Shown: positions 25,350 to 38,300 of the stretch, one piece after another
Position numbering within the stretch: the first letter of the stretch is position 1
Layout of the letters: each line of letters begins with the position of its first letter
Origin: Sphyrna mokarran
Lineage: Eukaryota
Assembly: GCA_024679065.1 (NCBI GenBank)
Contig: JAGIQG010000003.1
Span: 36,642,001 to 36,706,000, forward strand
Direction: 5' to 3'
Length of the DNA stretch: 64,000 nucleotides
Position numbers and translations under genes: made by a program
The notes under the pieces: model-generated
Told to the model about the DNA's origin: nothing
The model's database searches: none
The model's input: the letters and a program-made list of their open reading frames with translations, nothing else

Positions 25350-25782
25350 GAACCCATGTTCACAGGCACCACGAAGAAAGGTGACTTGAGAAATTTAACA
25401 GCTCTGATACAGGATTAAGTCTCAGGACTAAAGTTAATTGTGGGGATATCTGGAGCAAAGGTAGTCACCAATGGGCCAGAAGATTTCATGAAGCTAGGAT
25501 ATTTAATCCTCTTTCTGGTCTTTAAAGAAACAGGAATGTACCTTTTTTCTGAAAGGTTTCCAGCAGCCGGTTAAGAATAGCTGGTCATACTTAAAAAATA
25601 TTTAATTTTTTGAGTTAGAAAGCCAATGGACAGGGCAAACCCCAAATCCATTTCCTTGATTGTTCCAAAAACCAATTCAAACTTGATCCAATTCATGGTT
25701 CTCAGAAAAGGGACATACTTGATCCAAGCTGACAGAAATGGGCATTACACCTGATCTCTCGCTTGATTCTATGTGACATGAT

Positions 25783-26115
25783 GGCACATAATTGGCGCTG
25801 GTACCTCACAGCGCCAGGGACCCAGGTTCAATTCCAGCCTTGAGTGACTGCACAGACTCCACACAGACATTCTCCTTGCATCTGCATGGGTTTGCTCCAA
25901 CTCTGTCCTGTAGTCCAAAGATGTGCAGATTAGATGGGGTGGCCAAGTTAAATTGCCCTAAGATGTGTAAGTTAGATGGATTTAGCCATGATAAAGTAAA
26001 TGTATGGGATCATAGAGGGTGGGGGAAAAGACCTGTGTAAGGTATTCTGCCAGAGAGCGTTGGTGCAAACTTTCAATGGGCCGAATGGCGGCCTCCTGCA
26101 CTATAGGGATTCTAT
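25783..26115 (+). mobile_element. HE1-type SINE (tail A)
   Basis: CCTCACAGCGCCAGGGACCCAGGTTCAATTCC...TGGGCCGAATGGC...GGGATTCTAT. Confidence 0.8.
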
Positions 26116-26871
26116 CTTAGCCAAAAGCTCAACCCAGGTCATATTGCTCAATGCCTGCTACCAATGGGCAGAATCATCTTCACTTCACCAAATGCTACCT
26201 CAAAAATGCTTTGTGGGTCTAGTTACATCAAAGGACGTTGAATTATATAAGTAGGCTTTGTGGGCTGCTCAAATGAAGTCCGCAGTGACCTTTGCAGATG
26301 AATTGGGAACAGGAACTGGCCTTGCAATTTCCTGGCTTTGATTTGAACTTTCCTATATGAAAATCAGTCTGAGGGGTTGTTGATGGCCAAGATGTTGAAC
26401 ATTTGCTATGTTTTGCATTCCCTGAAAATTCTCTGTTCCAGCAGATTTATCACAAATGAATGTATAATGTATCAGGAAGAACATGTAAAATTCTCCCTAA
26501 TTCCTGTCTGTCAATGACTAGTAACAACCCCAACTACTGTGGGATTTACCACTTGACTTTAAGTTGTTAATTATTTCAAGTAAGTGAATTAATCAGAGTA
26601 TGACATAGAAATTAGTGCAAATTCTTGAGATACATTAGGCCATGGTGCCAAGCTGGGATTTTCATCAAAATTGAACATAATCCCTAAAATCAGCTGAATA
26701 TCAGAATTGATGGCATCAGAGGGGCTGTATTGAAGGGCTAGCCTCAATTCCAGGAGGCATGAAGTTGACTTTCTATTTAACTTTGCTGGATTCTCAAATA
26801 ACTCACTAGTAATTTGAAAGCTGGCAATACAAAAGGGCTGATAAGTCATATTCTGTGCAGCTGCCTAAACA

Positions 26872-27574
26872 GGGCAGAATTTTCCAATGCCATGACGAAC
26901 GTGGTCAATTGTGATTCTGAGCATAGTGGGAGGAGGGGGAGAAAGGAGGAAAGAATTTGATGGAGCACTAGAAAGATAAATTTTGCACCATCATGGATTT
27001 CACGCGGATTTCTGCTTGTGTCTACTATGGTGAATCAGAAAACCTGCTGGCGGCTGTATGAGCCTGATAGGATGGAAATAAAGGCCTGGCCAGAATCCTA
27101 CCACCCTTCCCCTCCATGCCCGATTCTCTATCGTGCCTGTTGGAAAACACAACAGTCCAGGACGTATCTGGAATAGCATGGCATGTGGAAATAGGCATTT
27201 AATTGAAGAATGCTTTGACTGTTGCTGGAGTTTGGGATGGAGGCCACCAGTGACCTTGGACCCTGGAACACCACAATAGTGGATTTTCCAACTTCAGTGT
27301 CAGAGAAAACATCCACCTTCTAGCCTCAGCATGTTTGTGGGGCTACATCTTTTTTGGGAAATCCATCTTTTTCAGTGATGATGGGCACCTTTTAAATGTG
27401 GCAACCAGATATGATGGTGGAACATGGGCAGTTAAGCTCCCCCCACCACGGAATATGTGTTAACCTCCGGGATGCATAATTGAGGTCTGGGCCAAAAGAT
27501 ATGGTGTGATTTCCTGCTGGCCTCCAACGGGAAATATTCCCCATTCCCACTCCAGATGGGAGAGAATTCCACCC
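26872..27574. mobile_element. Non-autonomous DNA transposon (Harbinger-like) with short TIRs
   Basis: Begins GGGCAGAATTTTCC and ends GAGAGAATTCCACCC (imperfect inverted repeat like the MITE termini). Confidence 0.45.
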
Positions 27575-28764
27575 GTAATGAATGGTATTAATAGGCACAA
27601 TAGTGTATAACACCGTAATTGTTTTTGTTAACAAGCATATGCTCACTTCTTAGGATCTTGAAATACAGAATGTGCTTGTCGACATCCTGCGGAACCCCTA
27701 CTGAGTCAATTGCCTTTGCATTAAAAGCTGAAGTGCTGGAATACATGAACAGCGATCCCCATAATCTGTACATAGCAGTACACCTAGTTGCAAAGAAGAG
27801 CCTTGAAATGCTAATTGGTTTTCTTTCTCCACAGATGCAGCCAGATCTGCTGAGTTCTAGCACTTCCTGTTACTACTTATTTCTGTCTGTGCTGGATATG
27901 CAACACACTCAAACATTTCAGCTTTTAATGAAAGAAGAATAAATTTAAATTGAACCCATAACAGGACTAAGTTCAGAAGGGTAATGCAGAAACAATGTTT
28001 AAAAAATAGCTCTTGGAGGGAAACATGTGGTTACATGGACTGTGAAGCCTAACGGAGAAAAAGGCATGGGTAATGAGACGGGTTAGAAACAGTGCAGGTA
28101 TGGACAGAGTTGAAAGCAAAATTGACGTTATTTGTTTCCTTCTAGAATCCATGGTTTTTCCTTGAGCGTCTTGGCTTATTTTTAACTGGCACAATGCATC
28201 TCTGCAATGGTTCTACTCTTTTACACCCAAGGCTGCTTTCTACACTGAGTAAGCAGGAATAAGTGGGGAAATTGATTTCACGAACAGTTTGTTTTTCAGT
28301 TTTGTCCACGGTTTGCCACTGCAAGCCTAGAGTTCTTAATCTTTCTGTCTTTCATTTCCCTTCCTAAGGCTTCCACTTCAATCCAGATACACTAAGTCTC
28401 ATTCCACAGTAACGGCCACTTACCCAAGCATCATCTCTTGCCATCCCTACTTGAATTAGTCACCAGCGCAGTGCCATACATTGCAAATGCGAAGAGCGAG
28501 CCCAAGAGAAAGCAAAGGATAGGGAATAGAGTACAGTTGAAGATCGGGTAGCAACTGCTAAGAATGTAGTTAGTCCACTGATGAGGAAATGCCACTGTAT
28601 GGCATTTCCTGGAGTTGCTGATGAATTGTGAAAGATGGGAGGGATAGGTTATCCTGTCAGTCGTATGGGATGTCATTTGTGACTTTGGCTAGTGATGTTC
28701 AATATTGTGACAGGGGTGGAAATCTGATGGAGGGATTCAAATACAGAGTCCTGGGAAAGATGGG

Positions 28765-29060
28765 TTTAGAATCCTACAGTGTAGAAGAAGACCATTCAGC
28801 CCATCTAGTCTGCACCAACCCCTATCCCCATAACCCTATGCATTTACCCCAGCTAGTCACCTTGACACTAAGGGACATCTTTATCAAAGTCAATTCCCCT
28901 AACTCCCACATCTTTAGACTGTGGGAGGAAACCGGAGCACCTGGGAGAAATTCACGCAGAAATTGGGAGAATGTCAAACTCCACACAGACAGTGACCGAA
29001 GGCAGGAATTGAACCCGGGTCCCTGAAGCAGCAGTGCTAACTACTATGCTACCGTGCTGC
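28765..29060 (-). mobile_element. HE1/V-SINE-type SINE (tail A)
   Basis: TAGAATCCTACAGTGTAGAAG...GTGGGAGGAAACCGGAGCACC...GGAATTGAACCCGGGTCCCTG...CTACCGTGCTGC. Confidence 0.85.
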
Positions 29061-30568
29061 TTTTGGCATTGATCCAAGAAGGCCAGGTGCCTGCTTGAAA
29101 TGGGTGTTGGGATTCCAATTTGCATATGTAGTGCATCTGATGCTAGCTGTAGAGCCTTGATACAAAATGTGTCTACATATAGATAGAGAGCTTGTGCTAT
29201 GTATGCTTAAACTGGCTATTCTGGTCATGAGCAGCCTCACCCGTGATCCTTTAAAGAGGCTACTGGGAGCTGCCCCAAAAACAACCTGCCATGTGGCTAG
29301 TTATATTTCTGTGGAGCCACAAGGAGTGTGAGTATGCTGATTGGTTTCACACCAGGATAATTTGAGAGTGCATGTCCTCAGGCCTTCTGCTGCTGTTCCA
29401 CCATAAGTGCAGAGGTTTAACGGCAAGCTCGTTTGCGAACTGGATTTTTGCCAAAGTTACAACAGCACAGCGGGAGAAGCCCTGAGGAAATTGAATGCTG
29501 TAATTTCATGAAATTTATAATAGAGACTTTGTGATAATTATGCATTTTGAATTCAGCTCAGCAAATTGTGGAGATATCCAGTCCTATTGTTTACTAAACG
29601 TTTTAGTATTTGAAGTTGCTCTGCAACATTTCCCCAAATTTACAGAAACTGAAACAACATTACAGTTTTGGAGAAGTAGAATCGGCTTATTTGCCCTTTA
29701 ATGATACTGGTGCCAAATCATCTTGTCAATTTGATGAGCATTATTCTTGATAGTGATTAGAAGCTGCTGAAAAGAAATTTGCATTGCATTCTTATACAAC
29801 TAAGGGCAACTGCACAAGCAGCGCAAGAAGATGAGAATCAAAGGTCAGGAAAACCCAGTGTGCATTTTAATGATTGTGATTAAAAGCTAAGAATGTGAAT
29901 CATATTGTATGAATGATAGTATCCAGGTCAAAAGGGCAGAGAGTGGAATATTGCCATGAATAATTCGGTGATATTTGCAAAGATTGTGGGTGGGATTTTG
30001 AGCTGGCACTCTCTGTACGTTGGATCACCAGCATTGGCAGAACAATTGTGATTCTCTCCAGAGAGATCGTGTTTCCAGATTTTTTCCTTGCCCCTTACTG
30101 GTGAGGCCACAAGGCTCATGCTTGTTTTTAAAAAAAAAATGCAAACCTCATTTAATATAATTAACAGGCCCCCACCCCCTTGTCCCATGATTCCCCTTCA
30201 CTAAATATTTATATCTCTGATGTGATATCACTTTTTTGTGAGGTTCTCAATAGATTTGGCCAAATGAGAAACTGTCAGGGGGATCCCTTGCGACAGGGGA
30301 GGGGTGGCAGAGCAAAGTATAGCTCTTAGAGGAGAGGGACGTGGCTACTTACAACCCTGACACTGCCCTGTGGCACAAGTTGGTATTGAAGGAGGGTTGG
30401 ATTGCCGGTGATTGGTGGAGTGGGACTGGAGAGAAGAAGCCTCAATACCTCTGTGGTTGGGGGAGGAAGAATTAACTTTATGTTCTGATTTGGAGCATAC
30501 TTTCAAAAAGATGTAAATCACGCCCACTTTGTTTTGACTGAGAGGCTCAAAAACTAGAGAGAAAACCA

Positions 30569-30780
30569 GTCTGCGTGGGTTTCCTCCCGGGTGCTCTGGT
30601 TTCCTCTCAGTCCAAAGATGCAGAAGTTATGTGAATTGGCCATGCTAAGTTGACCCTTGGTGTTGGGGAAATGGCAAACTAAACACATAGAGTTACAGGG
30701 ATAGAGCCCAGATGGGATTGTTATTGCCGTAGACTCAATGGGCCAAATGACTTCCCCGGCACTGTGGCGATTCTATGAAA
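30569..30780 (+). mobile_element. 5'-truncated HE1-type SINE (tail A)
   Basis: GTCTGCGTGGGTTTCCTCC...ATGGGCCAAATGAC...GATTCTATG. Confidence 0.8.
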
Positions 30781-31057
30781 ATGATTGTAGACAGTCTTAA
30801 AACTTTCAGAGAGTTCCAGAAGTTTACAAAAGCCTTCTAACTTCAACCAAAAGACTAAACTGCTTTCTGCAGTTTGCTGTTACTGACCCAGGACTGCACA
30901 TAAACACTTTATCACATAACCCTTTCAATCACTAGTCAGAAATACCAAAGGAATTTCAGTGAACAAACGCGAATTAGCATAACCACTTGCAAAGCCAAAA
31001 TGTATAATTATCCTACTCTCCCCGAATCATCTGAGTTGTATTTCACTCAGACATACT

Positions 31058-31153
31058 AGCCAGGATTTTACAACCTCGCTTTGGTGAGGCTCATGAAATC
31101 TTGCCTGAAGCCAACAGAAAATTTTTATTCTGCATGCCAGTAAAATTCTGGCC
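31058..31153 (+). mobile_element. Short MITE (Harbinger-like family)
   Basis: TIRs GCCAGGATTTTAC / GTAAAATTCTGGC. Confidence 0.65.
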
Positions 31154-31264
31154 ACTGCCTGTGGCATAAGAACTGAATTTTTAAATGTTCTCCTTAAACA
31201 TTTAAAAAAAACCCATATATCAATAATTGCACTACTGTCATCACAGCATGCACTGGAATAGATC

Positions 31265-31293
31265 TGTGTGTGTATGTGTGTGTGTGTGTGTGT
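31265..31293. repeat. (TG)n microsatellite
   Basis: About 14 TG units with one TA interruption. Confidence 0.9.
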
Positions 31294-31299
31294 TTATCT

Positions 31300-33188
31300 T
31301 GACATGCCCTCAGGAAGTGTCATCTAATTAGGGTTGCTGGGATATGTGACTCATATCCAGATTTGTGTATGATTAACCTGCCAGTTTTGTGTACAGGTCA
31401 TCAGTTCTCCGGTTTGGATGTTTATCCAGTTTTGCTGTCTAATTAACTGTTAGCTTATAGTGCAGATGGTCTTTTCCACTTTCAATATGGGGACTATCGA
31501 TGTTGTCCATTCGAAGAACTGAACTGGCTAGATAATGCCTAGTTCTTCCAATCTGTTTAACTCAGTATCCACTTTCTCTTGTACGATGGGTGATACTGGT
31601 GTTGCTCTAAAGAATTGGGGCATTGCTTCTAAAGCCACATAAATTTTAGCTTGTAGCTCTTTGATTTTGCCTAATCTCTCATATGTTCTTACCAAGTCAG
31701 ACACTCCTTCCTACACACAAAATCACGGTCCAATGCAACTTAATATTTTTTAAGCCAATTGCAGCTGAGAAGACTTTGTCTTTCTATCACTGGGAATTGG
31801 GTGGAATATGGTCTTTAGCGTACAGGAACCATTGTGGTACCTCTTTTATTTCTATTGTCTCTACCATGTAAGTCTTCAACTTGACAGAAGTGCTCTTCAA
31901 GTTCAATGGTTGGACTCTTAGGTAGTGAAATGTATGATTGCCCATCACAGTGGCTGATGCTCTTGTATCCACTTCCATCTTAAGAGGTTTCCCACTTACC
32001 CAAAGCATTACAGTAATGGACTCCATCTAGTCTGTTTATAGATTCAACAGAGAGCAAATACTAGAATCATTGTGCTAGGTTCTTCCACACTGTGTACATT
32101 GTAACATCTTGGTGGATCAATTTCTTGGCAATCTTGACTTAGCTCTCTGCTGCTTTATCAAATGGCAATGAAAATAGTTAACATCCTTAAATTGACATGA
32201 GTCAGTAATGTGATTACCTCTACATTGGTAATGTTCCCACTTAAGCATTACTGACTGACTATTGTTTCATTGATGGCTGAAATTGTTTTCGACTTCATGA
32301 CTGCTTCAGCGGGTTTTAACACCATGGCTGGCTGCAGGTTACAAGCCTAACTAATAAACGACACTATTTTATGCGCTCTGCAGCTCCTGCACCCTCTTCA
32401 GTTCTTTCCATGGCCGGCACTACGTCCACTGCACATTTAAAACTGATGTCAACCTCTACAATCAACCTATATTGAATAGCATCATTGTTCATGCTACAGC
32501 CAAACCCATCCCATACAAATTTTGTTTAGGGTGGCTCCAAAATGACAATACTCCAATAATTGCTTCAGTTCGACAATGTAAATTAGCATCAATTCACCTG
32601 GGGTTCTCACTGTCAAATTCAATTTGAATCTCCTTGATATGATGACTGAGGTTGCAGTTGAGCCTTCACTAAAGCCAAGGCTCACTAAAAGTTTTGGAGT
32701 TGGGCCTGCTTGGGGCTGTAAGACTACAAGCAAGGTTATAGGTTGGAGTTCCTCAAACACATGGGAGGATTACTTTGCATTTTGCCTCCTCTCCTATTTC
32801 ATTGTGTTGAAAATAATACCCACGACCCTCAGTGTATTGTGTCCGTGGAGAGGTCAGATGAGTCTGTTTGGCCAAAGGGAGGTATTCTGGTGAGTAGCTT
32901 TTTTTTCCCTTGAAACTTGAATTAAAACAAGATATTCACAAAGGCAGTATCAGGATAATTTATTCTTGTCACCAGATAGATGTAAAGATGCACTTTCGCA
33001 GACTTCATTAAGCAACACAAAAGGTATTTATTAATCAGATTTGTAGAGCAGTCTCATAGCTATAGCTTGCTCCCAAAATGTCTCTTTGCCTATCCCACCA
33101 TCTGATGATTCCACACCCTTGATTCCTGATAGGTCACTCAGACCATGTGACTCTTTACTGTATTGCCTTTAAAGGAATGATTACGACA
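31300..33188 (-). mobile_element. Degenerate Gypsy element: 5' LTR, PBS, gag, protease and start of RT
   Basis: LTR 32981-33188 ends TACA and is followed by PBS-like TGGTGACAAGAA; gag remnant; protease MEVDTRASATVMG (DTGA-like); RT start FFRATPV...KVDTELNRLEELGII-PVQFFEW...YKLTVN. Confidence 0.85.
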
Positions 33189-33594
33189 AAGATCATAAAA
33201 AACAGTATCTGTACATTCATTTACCATCTCAAGATTTGTAGAAATGACAAAACAACTCATTGTAGAATTCTAAAATATTACCACTGCTTAAAGTGGAATA
33301 TTATTGATTGCACTTTAAACTTGTGGAAAAAATGATCACAAAGTAGAAATCATGTGGCTCACCCTATGTTGTTCTCTCCTAACGTGCACTCCCACATGGC
33401 TAATTAGCTAATAGTACAAATGCCCCCTGCTGCAGCCTGGAATTACCGTACAGTTTAAAAGTTCATAGCCACCATTTTCACTAAATTATCATTGTAAAAG
33501 TTTTTATTTTCATTGTTTTCCCTAGGCCATCATTACCAGCTAACTGTAAAACCTCTATATTGTTGATGTTTCCTGCCTGTCTACATTGCCACCT

Positions 33595-33719
33595 GTGACA
33601 AAGTGTCATCCAGACTCAAAACATTAGCTCTATTCTCTTTCCACAGATGCTGTCAGACCCTCTGAGATTTTCCAGCATTTTCTGTTTTTGTTTCAGCATC
33701 TGCAGTAATTTGCTTTTAT
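33595..33719 (+). mobile_element. Penelope-like terminal fragment
   Basis: TGACAAAGTGTCATCCAGACTCAAAACATT...CCACAGATGCTGTCAGACC...GATTTTCCAGCATTTTCTG, homologous to 3110-3276. Confidence 0.6.
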
Positions 33720-34750
33720 ACTGTTTATATGCTTGTTTTGAAGACTCCTTGTCTTTAGCAAAGTAAACTTCAGTCCTGTAAGTGAGAATGCTTTTGTTTG
33801 GCTGTGAGTGCAGTACTCTTAATACCGCTGTTTCAGTCCCATTTGTGGGGCTTGCTGAAAAAGTATTGGTTTGTCTGCTGTTTCTCCCCATTCTCCAGGT
33901 CTCTGGCAGAAGGTTAAATAACCCAAATAAAATTCCAGGGTCTTTGTGTCGAAGTTTATACCCATTTGGAAGAGACCTGAACTTGTGGGGAGTGAACTTA
34001 CCAGCCGTTCATGCCACGTTACCATTGCTGCGAGTTGAGAATTTGGCACCCAGCCAATTCTCCATTCACTGTGGCAGGATGGGAAAATCCCGCTGGCATG
34101 AATGATGGTGGCATTCCAGCTTTAGTATATGGGGAGCAGGCTGTTGGTGCTTTATTAATTTTAAAGGCTGAGATTAAGAATGCAAAAAAACTGTTGGATT
34201 ATTGGAAGTAAAAAAGCATTGAGATATTACCATTGGATATAATTGATGCCAGATGCATGTGGTTTACAGTTATAAATCTCTGACAATATTTTGCAGACAA
34301 AACATTCCAGAAATAGACTCACTCTGTACTAATGATGCTGTGGTAAGCAGTTCTTGGTTAGAAATGTTACATTTCCTCTGAGGAACTTGGCAAGCTGCGT
34401 CACTCACCTCCCTTGTTATCCAATTAACCTAGGTTATTTTTAATCATTCAGTATAATCCATGCGTCTCATGGGTTTCCTCCGGGTGCTCAGGTTTCCTCC
34501 CACAGTCCAAAATATGTAACTAAAAGCAGCCACTCTTATAGCAGCTTGTTAACCACAAGATTCAAAATGAGGAAAAACCTTTTTAGTTTCATTTATCCAA
34601 AGAGAAACCACAGAAATTCACCCCTACATGTTAAGAAAATTAGTTCACATATGTGACTTGTTCAATGTCAACTGACATGAAGGTGAATTTCTCTAAATTT
34701 TTAGTAACCACTCATGGGATGTAGACACTGCAGAGAAGACCAACATTTAT

Positions 34751-34875
34751 CGTTCACTTCACCTGATGAAGGAGCAATTCTTTGAAAGCTTGTGCTTTCA
34801 ACTAAATCTGTTGGACTACAAGCTGGTGTTGTGACCTCTCATCTTGTCCATCCCAGCTCGACACTGGCATCTCCA
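34751..34875 (+). mobile_element. Penelope-type terminal fragment with minimal hammerhead core, flanked by a 10-bp direct repeat
   Basis: CTGATGA-AGGAGCAATTCTTT-GAAAGCTT at 34763-34791; CAACATTTAT at 34741-34750 and 34876-34885. Confidence 0.7.
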
Positions 34876-35020
34876 CAACATTTATTGTCCAATCTTATTT
34901 CTATTGTGAAAATAGCAGTCTGTGTGCTGTAGATACATGTACATTTGATGCTAGTTAGAGATGATTGTTCATTTGAAGTGTGTCTCTGGGTCTGTACCCT
35001 GGAACCATGACGAAGAATAT

Positions 35021-35125
35021 GGCTGGGATTTTATGATCTCGCTTGAGCAAGGTCAATAGAGAATTTCGTTCCATTAGCCTCACCTGCCCCAATTCCAGGT
35101 CGGGCATAGCTGTAAAATTCCAGCC
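35021..35125 (+). mobile_element. Short MITE (Harbinger-like family)
   Basis: TIRs GGCTGGGATTTTA / TAAAATTCCAGCC. Confidence 0.7.
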
Positions 35126-35499
35126 ATTATTTGAGTCAGAATGATTTGGCAGTGTTGCTGTGTGCTTGTTGACTTTGCCCTTCTAGCTATTGGAGGTTGC
35201 AAGTATGGAAGATGCTATCTAAGGAGCCTTGGCAAGATGCTAAAGCGCAACTTGTAGATTGTATACATTGCAGCCAAAGTATACCAGTAGAGGCAATGAA
35301 TGGCACCTTGTTGGATATTTTAAACAATCAGAAAAATAGCAAACTATAAGATAGACAGACAAGAAATCTTTGGGGAAACTGGTCATTGTAAAAGTGTGTG
35401 CTGAATTGCTGCAAGAGCCAATTAGATATCTTGTTCAAGAGAAATATTTTGAGGGATTTAGTAGCAGATTGGTGTTCAGATTGATCAGAAAGTATTTAT

Positions 35500-35690
35500 C
35501 TATTTGTTAACGGAATGTGGTTGTTGCTGGCTAGGCCAGCATTTATTGCAATCCTTAATAATCTCTGAGAAGGTGATGAGCTGCTTTATGAATCTCAGCA
35601 GTTTGTGTGGTGTTATGGCACCCACAGTGCTATTTAGGGAGGATTTTGATCCCGTGACAGTGAAGTAATGGTGATATACTTAGGATTGTC
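35500..35690 (-). mobile_element. LINE 3' end fragment (partner of the second SINE family)
   Basis: GCTGGCTAGGCCAGCATTTATTGC...TGAGAAGGTGATGAGCTGC...CACAGTGCTATTTAGGGAGGATTTTGA. Confidence 0.65.
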
Positions 35691-35944
35691 TGCAATCCCA
35701 GCAGTGGCCTCCAGGCCAGGTGGCGCTGCTGGCCCTCCAATTGTCTGACAGCACCTGGAGATAGGACATGCAGCCTCAGAAGGGGTGGGAACCATGACCT
35801 TGGCCAATTAGTTGCCTGAGGTGTGCAAAATAGACTTGCAATTTCCAAGACTGGTGGAGGCGAGCTCACGTTTTGTCTCTCCAACCACTGGGAAGGGCCA
35901 CTGTTTTCAATATCTGCCCAGTGACCAGAGAGGCAAAGGCCTCC

Positions 35945-36150
35945 AGAGTGGCATAGTGGTTAGCTTTGCTGCCTCACAGCGCCAGGGACCTAGGTTCAAT
36001 TCCAGCTTCTGGTCACTGTCTGTGTGGAGTGTGAATGTTCTCCTTGTGTCTGCATGGATTTCCTCTGGGTGCTCTGGTTTCTTCCCACAGTCCAAAGATG
36101 TGATGGTTAAGTTGACTGGCCATGGTAAATTGCCCCTTGGTGTCAGGGGA
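35945..36150 (+). mobile_element. HE1/V-SINE-type SINE, 3'-truncated
   Basis: GTGGCATAGTGGTTAGC...GGTTCAATTCC...V-domain. Confidence 0.85.
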
Positions 36151-36886
36151 ACTGACACAGGGTGTCAGGAATATGCTGTTTATATCGCTAATTCTTCGCA
36201 GCTAGTCCTAAAATTTATCAGCTTACTAGTTACTGATATGTAGATAATATTTCTGTATTCTAAAACCAGGTTAACATTTCTATCGTAGCACAATTTGCTG
36301 GGTTTTTGATACATTCTTTTGGATCCTGATGCTTTGTAGATCTCTTGGGCGTTAGTGGGCACCTCATAATGAACCAGTACGTTTTTTGGTGAACTTGGAA
36401 GAATCTTTCAATGCACAACTTAACAGTGTGGGAATATATCACATCCTTGGTAATGAAAAATGTAATGAAACTGTTCCCAAAATCTAATATGCTATTAAAT
36501 TCACATATTAGATTTTCCATGATATTAGATTAATGCAATCTCCTCTTCACTGTTTCCCAGACATTGCTCTAGGAAGCATAAAGTTGAATCTATACACAAG
36601 TGATGGAGCGGCATGACACCTGAACCCTTTGTTTACTGGATAACAAAGTGGAAATGTTGCTTATGAGGTGTGAGCACTGTTTGCCTTGAGAGCAATGGTG
36701 CAGCATACTTCACCAAATCAACCCAGAGAATCTGTGAAAGAAATCAAAAGAAGATGGCAGACTATAAATGGGTAACCAAGATATGGCAACACATTAGTAA
36801 TGTACACTATGTAGATGGCTGAAATAGACAAATGTTAACTGTATATACCATATTCCAGGTGTTGACTCATCAGTGACTTGTGCAGA

Positions 36887-37310
36887 TAGAATCATAGAAT
36901 CCCTTATATAATGCAGAAGGAGGCCTTTTGACCTATTGAGTCTGCAGCGATCCTCCAACAGAGCAACTTAACTCCAGACCACCTGTTGTAGCAAGAATTT
37001 GCTACTTCTTTACTCCATCCCCAAGCAATCAAGGCAATATTCAATTTGCTTCCCTAATTACTTGCTCTACCTACATAATAACTGTATGTTTCACTTATGA
37101 GGATTGTCAAATCCCTCTGTACGTAGAGGATTCTGTATTCTCTATCCATGTAAGTAATATTTTACTTCTATGCTCTTCCTATCAAGATGATAACCTTACA
37201 TTTTCTTGTGTTATTACCTATCTGCTCAATGTTTTCCCAATCAGTTAACCTATCTCTATTCTTTGGCAGTCTCTGTCCTCACATTTTGCTTTCCTATCTA
37301 TGTTAGTATT
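36887..37310 (-). mobile_element. SINE tail plus degenerate CR1 fragment
   Basis: TAGAATCATAGAATC...GCAGAAGGAGGCC reverse tail, followed by reverse CR1-like ORF2 sequence. Confidence 0.55.
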
Positions 37311-38009
37311 ATTCCATTGGCCTGAATTTTTCAAATGATGGGATTTCCTTTCCTGCCTTCTGAAGAGTGAGTGCCCAGCAGCCACTTCATGCTCAAATGA
37401 GCATCAATTGACTGTAGGCAGGACCTCCACCCCTGAGTTGAGAGAAAGCTCCATCTTGCTGTAAAATTGTTGAGGTCAGGGCAGGTGGGAACCCAAAGGG
37501 TTCCTTCAATCCCACGCTTCCCATCGACTCCCAAGAACCACTGGTGGGGGAGTGTGGAATGAGTTAACAGATATTTTAGGTACTGAGAACAAAAATGAGC
37601 CTTAAGGGTGTGCTTGAACCAATTGCAGTTTCGTGCAATTACACTTTCACATGAGGATAATTTAAATTTGTACAATGCCTTTTGAATTGCTCCCACTCTG
37701 ACTAGAACATGAGAAAAATGCACTTTATAGGCAAAATAAAATGTCGTTGTTTCCAAATTGAATTAACATAGTTGATTTTCTTAAGAATACAAAACTACCT
37801 GCACCACTAGGGTCACTATCCCTCCAAACATTCCTTGTCCAATTCCTTCTTCAAATTTGTGACTATGAAGGGTCAGTTTTATTTCTCCATTCTGGATGAG
37901 CTTAGCGATCATCTATTTTGGTCCTCTCTTGATTGTACACCTCCGCCTCCTGTAGCAAATTATATTTCGGAACATGCTAGCAATTGCTGGACCATACCCC
38001 CTTTCCTAT

Positions 38010-38300
38010 GCTACATCATTGCAGAGTAGTTTGCAGTCAATTCCTTGCCTGGGTAACTGTCCGTGCAGAGTCTGCGTATTCTCCCTGCATCTACTTGGAT
38101 TTCCTTCAGGCGCTCCAATTTCCTCCCACAGTCTGAAAGATGCGCTGATTAAGCACATTGGCCATGCTAAATTCTCCCTCAGTGTACCCAAACAGGCGCT
38201 GGAGTATGGTGACTAGAGGATTTTCACAGTAACTTAATTGTAGTGTTAATGTAAGCCTACTAGTGACACCAGGAAATAAACTTCAACTTAAACTTAACAT
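38010..38300 (+). mobile_element. HE1/V-SINE-type SINE (tail B)
   Basis: V-domain, GGCCATGCTAAATTCTCCCTCAGTGTACCC, tail TTTTCACAGTAAC...GTAAGCCTACTAGTGACA. Confidence 0.8.

Larger units (their letters stand above)
34700..35317 (-). mobile_element. LINE 3' end (partner of the second SINE family) with nested Penelope fragment and MITE
   Basis: Same terminal motif as the second SINE tail (TCATGGGATGT...CAACATTTAT) followed by degenerate LINE-like sequence. Confidence 0.6.

Noticed and set aside
35715-35735. CTCF-like motif CAGGTGGCGCT (also CCAGCAGGGGCAG near 51715)
   Set aside because: The first lacks the conserved 5' CC and the second has one G too few; too weak without data.
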